The translations under genes were made by a program, and so were the position numbers. Under the pieces are notes generated by a model, which made no database searches, had not been told where the DNA came from, and saw only the letters and a list, made by a program, of their open reading frames with translations. A stretch of DNA of 64,000 nt from Eledone cirrhosa (Eukaryota), in contig OZ024744.1 of the NCBI GenBank assembly GCA_964016885.1, positions 50,034,001 through 50,098,000 on the forward strand. The letters are read 5' to 3'. Positions 56,046 through 64,000 of this stretch are shown in pieces (position 1 is the stretch's first letter; each line of letters opens with the position of its first letter).

Positions 56046-58230
56046 GCGGTGGATTGGCAGTATCGGTAGAGAGTCGGACACCATGCTTTGAAGCATAGAG
56101 TTACGTCTCTTTATGATCTGAGTTCAAATCCCGCCGAGGTTAACTTTGCCTTTCATTCTTACGGAGTCGATAAAATAAAGTACCAGTAATGTACTGGGTA
56201 ATTGCTGGCCTTGTGTCAAAAATAGAAACAATTAAAATTAATTCACATGTATACTGATTAAAGTTAAAATAGATGTAAAAGTTATAACGAAGAAATATTA
56301 TAATAATTATTTGGTCTATTTAGCTTTATTAGCTATTTAGAAATAAAAAATAAAATAGCTTAAAAACTATATATAAAGAAATTCTATATAACTTATTTAA
56401 TAATCTATCAAATTTTATTTAAAATTTAACTAAATACCCAATGAAACGTTTTGCTAAACTTGTGAAGACAAGAACTGAAGATTTCAGAGCGTTTATTTAT
56501 AATTAATTGTCAATCAACTGGAACCTACCTCAGACTATACAAATTAGCAGCGTAGTTGTACTGGCTATGGTCTAGTAAAAGCTTGACCATGTGAACCGGG
56601 CATGGCCGCACACCGACCCTAACCTCGGGCGAATCCTGGATAGCCTGTGTGCGTCCGCCCTGAATCACACTACCACCATTCTGTTATGCACATATAGGAT
56701 TGTATACTCACAACATGAAGGTCCGTGTTTTATATCCCTTTGTTCCTTGTTCCTTGTTTTCCGTATGTATACCTGCACTTGTATCTATATACCAATATGT
56801 ATGTTTTTTGTTCCTTTGTTCGCTACCTACCACTCGCATCCACAGTCTAGCAGTCCTCTTTTGTCCTGGCGTTGTTGTTACCAGTGTTATTATTAATACC
56901 ACTATAAGGGCGGTGGATTGGCAGTATCGGTAGAGCGTCAGACACCATGCTTTGCAGCATAGAGTTATGGCCCTACACGATCTGAGTTCAAATCCCACCG
57001 AGGTTAAATTTGCCTTTCATCCTTACGGGGTCAATAAAATAAAGTACCAGTCACGCACTGGGGTCAATTAAATCGACTTTCCCTCCCATGGCCTTATGCC
57101 TATATAAGAAACCATTATTAACACGACTCTGGTCGATAAAATAAAGTACCAGTAATGCACTGGGGTAATTGCTGGCCTTGTGCCAAAAAGTAGAAACAAT
57201 TATTATGCAGAATTGGCAGTATAGGTAGAGTGTTGGACGCCATGCTTTCTAGCATAGTTACGTCCCTTTACGGTCTGAGTTCAAATCCCGTCGAGATTAA
57301 CTTTGCCTTTCAACCTTACGTGGTCGATAAAATAAAACACCACTAATGTACTGTGCCAAAAGTAGAAACAATTATTAGGCACTGAGATTATTGCTGGCCT
57401 TGTGCCAAAAGGTAGGAACGATTATTATTATTATTAGGTGGATTGGCAGTAGCGGTAGAGGGTCTGACGCTATGCTTTGCAGCATAGAGTTACGGGCCTT
57501 TACGATCTGAGTTCAAATCCCACCGAGGTTGACTTTGCCTTTCATCCTTACGGGATCGATAAAATAAAGTACCAGTAATACACTAGGATAATTGCAGGCC
57601 TTGTGCCAAAAGTAGAAACAATTATTATTACTGTAGGAATTTATTTACAGCGATCGACACCACCAGAGCATTTTTTGTTGCCGTCGTCGTCGTGACGGAT
57701 TCATTACTAGTGCTGTTGTTGTTGTTGCCGCTGCCTGGCTATCGGCTATAGTTGTTGCCATTATCAGGGTATTATTATCACTGCTACTACAACGGCCAGT
57801 GTAGGCGAACACGTCAATACCAACTGTAATATGTCTCCCACTCATATATCTTTTGTGCTGAGGTTGTTTTTTCAAAGAATATGCTTGCCGGCCACAGATC
57901 TGAACAGCTCGTCTGACCGCCTGCATACCATTGAATTTCTACATCTCCCGTGAAGATAACATATTTTGGCTTATGTTATACAGAAGCCTTGCATCTTCAA
58001 AATACGTATAATAAAATATATTGGGATGGTCTAAAGTAACTGTCTTTCGTTTATTAGAGGGTCGGACGCCATGCTTTGCAGCAAAGAGTTACGGCCCTTT
58101 ATGGTCTGAGTTCAAATCTCACCGAGGTTAACTTTGTCTTTCATCCTTACGAGGTCGATAAAATAAAGTACCAGTAATGCACTGGGATAATTGCCGGCCT
58201 TGTGCCAAAAGTAGAAATAATTATTATAAT
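56046..58230 (+). mobile_element. region containing about six tRNA-SINE copies (near 56046, 56907, 57132, 57213, 57437, 58056)
   Basis: Repeated A/B boxes and central domain, all on the plus strand. Confidence 0.9.
57790..58040 (-). pseudogene. decayed coding segment, possibly protein-kinase-like
   Basis: TLDHPNIFYYTYFEDARLLYNISQNMLSSREM*KFNGMQAVRRAVQICGRQAY..ITVGIDVF; paralog at 60368-60518 differs mostly at synonymous sites. Confidence 0.45.
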
Positions 58231-58379
58231 AATAAAACTCCGGATAAACATATACTGTTGAGTGCTTGACATCTGTTATATAAAGGTCAGCTGATTCTAA
58301 ATCAACTAACTCATTTTAATTGAACAAATTTATGCTCCTATATTTGTTGAGCGCTTTATTCTATAACAGATACCGAAAG

Positions 58380-60310
58380 GATGGAATGCTTTAATATCTC
58401 CTCATCACTTAAGGATGTATCTATACCTGGTAAAATTGAAAAAACTAATTTGTTCGTATGAAGAATGCGATGGCGTGCTTATCACTTTGATATGAAGACA
58501 AAAGAAAAGCTTGATAATTCAGGGAAGAACAATCTCGAATGGATATTTAAGTCTAGGAAAAACCCACCATATAACAAGTATCTAGCGGAATTTGAAAATA
58601 AATTAACCAATATTATTCAAGGTATTAAATTTAAGAAAGACCCATACAGAGGTCAAGAATATCTAAAAAAAAAACCTAAGGGACAAAATTAATGAACTCC
58701 AAAACCCCAAAAGAATTCTGGTGCACTCTGACAAAACCAACATCCTCTAGGGTCTTGATAAAGATGAGTATAATAAACTAATAATCAGAGAACTTAGAAA
58801 AAAACTACCGTAAAACAACTTATGAAAACATTGAACCTATCAATAAAGAAGCAAATGAAATTGTCACCAAACTTGGGATTGAACACCGGACTGAACCTTT
58901 CATACCTAAAACACTGAGAATAAATATGAAAGACCATAAAAATAATTTTGAATCGGAGCTACTGGTTAGACTTATAGCACCATCTAAATCTGGTTTAGGA
59001 ATTATAAGAACATTCTAGATAGAATAATACCAACATTAAAGCTACGACCCCAACTTAAATTATGGAATGGAACCAATGAAGTTATTGATTAGTTCATTGA
59101 ACTTCAAAATAAAAACAGGATTAAATATATACAAATGGACATAACTAGCTATTATTCTTCTGTTTCACCAACACTACTAAACAGAGCCTTACTATACGCG
59201 ATGAAATATACTGATCTTTCGGGTGAGGAAATTAATGTTAGTCTTACAGCTAGGAAAACGATAATTGATTTCAATGGAGGATTATGGATCAGAGCCGATC
59301 AACCTGGAACTTTTGACATCACTATGGGATCCACAGACTCGGCTCAGGTTACTGAATTTGTTGGAGTTTTTATCCTGAACATAATTTACAGAAGATTACC
59401 TGAACTTAACGGAGGTTTGTATCGTGATGATGCTCTTTTCACGTTAATTAACCATGATAATAGCGCCCTTATTTGGAAAAAGAAATTAATAATGGATTTT
59501 AAAAAATAATTAGAAAATAACAATAGAGTAATTAACTACCTAGACATAACGTTAAAACTTAATTCTGGCCTTTACTACCCATACCATAAATTAAATGAAA
59601 ACCCCAATTATGTTAGCTTTTACCCCCCCCCCCCCCCCGAAACGTTGAGAAGGCCATAATTAATAGTGTAGAGCAGAGAATCTCTAGACTCTCAACTAAT
59701 AAGGAAATATTTGATAGTAAGGCTAAATACTATAACACTGCTTTAAGGAGAGCAGGTTACCATGATAAAATTGAGTATACAGATATTTATAAAAATAATT
59801 ACACCAAACCGCATGGAAATAAACAAACAATAGATATTAACACCAATATACATACGGTTTATGACAATTGTAATAATGTGGCTATCCGAAACCTAAACTA
59901 TAGAGTAAGGACAAATCAGATTTCGAATGGATATAACTTTTATACAACTAATAAGTCATATAAAAAGGTTCGACTCCGCTCTGTTCTATGGAATAATCCA
60001 CCACTCTCCATTGAAATTAAGAATAATCTAGCTCGACTACTAAAAATATAGCCCAGATCATAGCAAAAATTAACAATAGAAATCTGGGAAGTAAACATAA
60101 GGAAATAACTCACAATAATAATGATAGAATCACTAATGGAATAAACAGCATCTCATATAACAGCTATAATTGCATTAACATAGACGAGGGAAACCTACCG
60201 ACACTGAGTGGGAACTTTAAATAGTAACGTAAGTAATTGTAATGGTAAAAACCCTAATCTTTGCCTACGTAATAATAACTGCCTGGATCGTAACTTAGTT
60301 TATAAATAAA
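58380..60310 (+). mobile_element. Penelope/Poseidon-like element, decayed RT ORF
   Basis: RMRWRAYHF, SDKTN, KDHK, FDITMGSTDSAQV, GGLYRDDAL, INYLDITL, WNNPP. Confidence 0.9.
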
Positions 60311-60367
60311 TAGACTAACGATCAATATTTGTTTTTGTTTTGATTTTTTTTTACTAATTCGGTAACA

Positions 60368-60518
60368 TCATACTCCTGCCAGTTCAAAAACGTCAATACC
60401 AACTGTAATATTTCTCCCAATCAAATGATACCTTCTGTGTTGAGGTTTTTCTATCTCATATGCTTGCCGGACACAGATCTGGACAGCCCGTCTAACTGCC
60501 TGCATATCATTGAATTTA
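60368..60518 (-). pseudogene. paralog of the 57790-57938 coding segment
   Basis: KFNDMQAVRRAVQICVRQAYEIEKPQHRRYHLIGRNITVGIDVFELAG. Confidence 0.45.
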
Positions 60519-60530
60519 TATATATATATA

Positions 60531-61876
60531 TCATCATCATCATCATCATCATCATCTTTTAACATCAATCTTCCACACTAGCATGGGTTAGACAGTTTTG
60601 TTCCATTTGATGCAGGAATTGTCGGGAGACCATGTTTCGCTCGCACGGAAGCGTCGCTGGCAGGTTTTTTTTACAGCTGGATGCCCTTCCTAATACCAAC
60701 CACATTTACAGTGTGAACTGGGAGCCTTTTCTCCGTGTTTCCTACATGGCCAGCTTACAGTGTGGATGTTGTGTCATCGACACAGTGGACGGGACGGGAG
60801 AGGCAGGATGGTGTAGAGGTGTTGGGGTGGGGTGTACATTGGGTTAAGAGGTGCCTGCTGACTGTAGGTTTCTATGCAATGGTAGCCGAGTCTTCTGATC
60901 AACTGCATGGCCCCAAAGGTTTCGATCCAGTGTCATTGTCTTAGAGAGGTGTAAGTGAGCAAGGTCAGTTTTTATCACCTCGTCCCAGGTTTTTCTTGGT
61001 CTACCCACTCTGCAGCTTCCATCAATTTTCATTGCCCTGCACTTTTCTATACAGCTGTCGTCCTTCATACACATCACATGTCTATACCAATGCAATCTCC
61101 TCTGCAGAACACAACATTTGATACCTCTTATGCTTAGTCTCCCTCTTAGTTCGTTTATGCTTTACTTTTCGTGCACGTTACTATTACACATCAATCGAAG
61201 CATGCAAGCTTCATTCCTTTCTAATCTACGCAGGTCTTCAGCACTCAATGCCCAAGTCTCACTACCATGTAATATCGCTGTTTGTATACATGCATCATAC
61301 AATCTGCCTTTCATTTTTAGAGAGAAACCTTTTGTGTCCAACAGCAGTATTAGCTCTCTGAAAATTTTCCATCCCGTTCTAACTCTGGCTACTACACTTT
61401 CAGAGCACCCTCCTCCACTGCTGATTTTTTGTCACCCAGGTAATGGAAGGTGGCTACTTCTATAGAACCATCTGGGCAGTTGAAGGAGATAGTATCCAAT
61501 GGGCCCTTGATACACCTGAGCATCGGCCACATATAAAATCTACATTCTTAGATAGCTTACATCTAATCCCACTACATTTTTTATGTACCCATACTTTGCA
61601 TTTGGGACATAGAATGCAGTTTCTGCCTACTCATTTCCTACACACTGAGCATAGCCATTTCCCAGAGGGTACCTGTGCATTATTCTCCTTTCTACATTCT
61701 AGAACCTTAGTCTTAGACAAGTTGACTCTAAGGCCTTTTGATTCAAGGCCATGGTTCCATGTTTGGAACATCGTCTCTAATTCAGCCATGGATTCAGCTA
61801 TGAGAGTTAGATCATCTGCATATAGAAGTTCCCATGGGCAGCCAGTCCTAAACCCCTCTGTTATAGACTGTAGGAT
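60531..61876 (-). mobile_element. RTE-clade LINE, 5'-truncated (same family as 4781-5840)
   Basis: PWELLYADDL, GLRVNLSKTK, HWYRHVM, GRPRKTWDEV; (GAT)n tail. Confidence 0.92.
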
Positions 61877-61919
61877 AATAAAAAATATATATACATATAT
61901 ATACACATATATATATGTA

Positions 61920-62325
<406 letters not shown>

Positions 62326-62413
62326 GAAAAATTGAACAGGGACAGAACAGAGAGGCAGTACGACAAATGTTTATTAAATTCACGCTCAGGAGAGTGGGGG
62401 GTAGGTGGGGGAC

Positions 62414-62476
<63 letters not shown>

Positions 62477-62758
62477 GGAAGCAGGAAATTGGTTATTGTG
62501 AACCAGTTCGTGGTTAAGAAAGCCAGTTTCATGGACTGTTTCAACGTACAGTTAGGGGTAACTCCACAAGTTTGTAAGAATTCCGTTCAATCTTGGAGTA
62601 TAAAGTATAAAAGAGAAAACACAGGTAAGCATTAAGAAAAGGATTTTATCCAGGTATTTACAACCGTTTCATTGGTAAGTGCAACCTTATATTGCTACAC
62701 TGCAAATAGCAGCCACTGAATGATAATTGTTGTTCACGAAACGGTGTTTTCTCTTTTA

Positions 62759-62832
<74 letters not shown>

Positions 62833-62965
62833 GATATTAAACAAATGGAAACTATATTTATTTCGTTATATATATTTCAAAGCCTACTCCAAAAACTGTT
62901 GAGTGCTTTTATATCAGTTATAAAATATTTACTCGTTGTAACCCAACAATTATAAATAAAACTTT

Positions 62966-63062
<97 letters not shown>

Positions 63063-64000
63063 CATATACCACAGTTGCGTCATCCACATTTTTTTTTTAC
63101 TGTAGAGTTCATTGTGAGGGTCGAATGGACTTTGGCCTGTGTAAGGATGTTTTTTTTATGGCAAAAAAATCAAGGTCAATGTTGATGATTTCTTCTAAGT
63201 TAAAATACCAAGATAGATATTTTTAGAAACAATGAAAGGTCACCCGACCTTTCAAACTAATCCTAGCCATTCCTGAAAGGGACTTTCACCACAACAATCT
63301 GCCACCAAACTTATCGCCTGCCTCCTACTTCTTCTTCTCCTCTCCCCTTCGTTTTTTACCCTATCCTCCTCCTTCTCCCCAAACTACTACCAGTCAAAAC
63401 CAAACTATTAACAGAGAAAGAAGGACAGACACGATAGAGAAATGAACTCTCCTCTCTGAATATGTTGGTGAAAATTAAATAATAGTTATTATTATTATTA
63501 CTATTACTTATAATAATTATTATTACTATCATTTGTTTAAATATGCAACTTAACAATATTATGCATATCCGCAATTGACAATGCATATAATGCTGAGTTG
63601 GTGGTATCAATCACCATGACCATAAATAGTAACAACAACAATGGCAACGGCAACAAGCACCAACACCGCCCATCACCCACCCCGTTCGTCGCAGTAGTGG
63701 TGGTATCATCTATGTCAGTATTAAGCCATTGGTAACACCACCAATAACAAGAACAACAACACCAGTGATGATCACCCCATGAAGCAACGCTTCCATGAAA
63801 AATAAACTAACCATAATAGTAGTCCGTTGAAACAAGGAAGTGAAAATGGGATAGAACATAGATGGGTATTTATATATATAAACAAATACATTCCCAGTTA
63901 ATACAATCCTCTTGTAGTGACCTACATTTCGAGGGCTCATGGATACATTCTCCGTGCGTTGTTTGGCTCAATTCAGCCAATCACCGCCAACGTAGGAGAA

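Overview
Very AT-rich, microsatellite-laden animal DNA. The SINE and RTE families suggest a cephalopod (Octopus-like) genome; this is inference. Most long ORFs in the track are (TA)n artefacts. Recognisable host-gene content is small: one VKORC1-family coding exon (minus strand, 10256-10443) and an RMND5/GID2 first coding exon. The RMND5 exon occurs twice, inside the arms of a 1.7-kb foldback transposon (11275-12974) with an 8-bp target-site duplication (TSD), i.e. a Pack-TIR-like gene capture. The rest is nested mobile DNA: RTE, RTE-X, CR1, Tx1/L1 and CRE LINE relics, five Penelope-like element (PLE) bodies plus smaller fragments, non-autonomous Helitrons, a mariner relic, a hAT MITE and about 15 tRNA-SINEs. 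The main hidden layer, found by eye, is about 19 type I hammerhead-ribozyme (HHR) motifs from roughly ten unrelated repeat families, plus decayed copies. They lie in PLE pseudo-LTRs, tandem retrozyme-like units and foldback palindromes embedded in (TA)n. Two unrelated families carry the compensatory U3-A8 core instead of C3-G8. Two non-L1 LINEs show twin-priming-type 5' inversions. Coordinates of decayed repeats are approximate.
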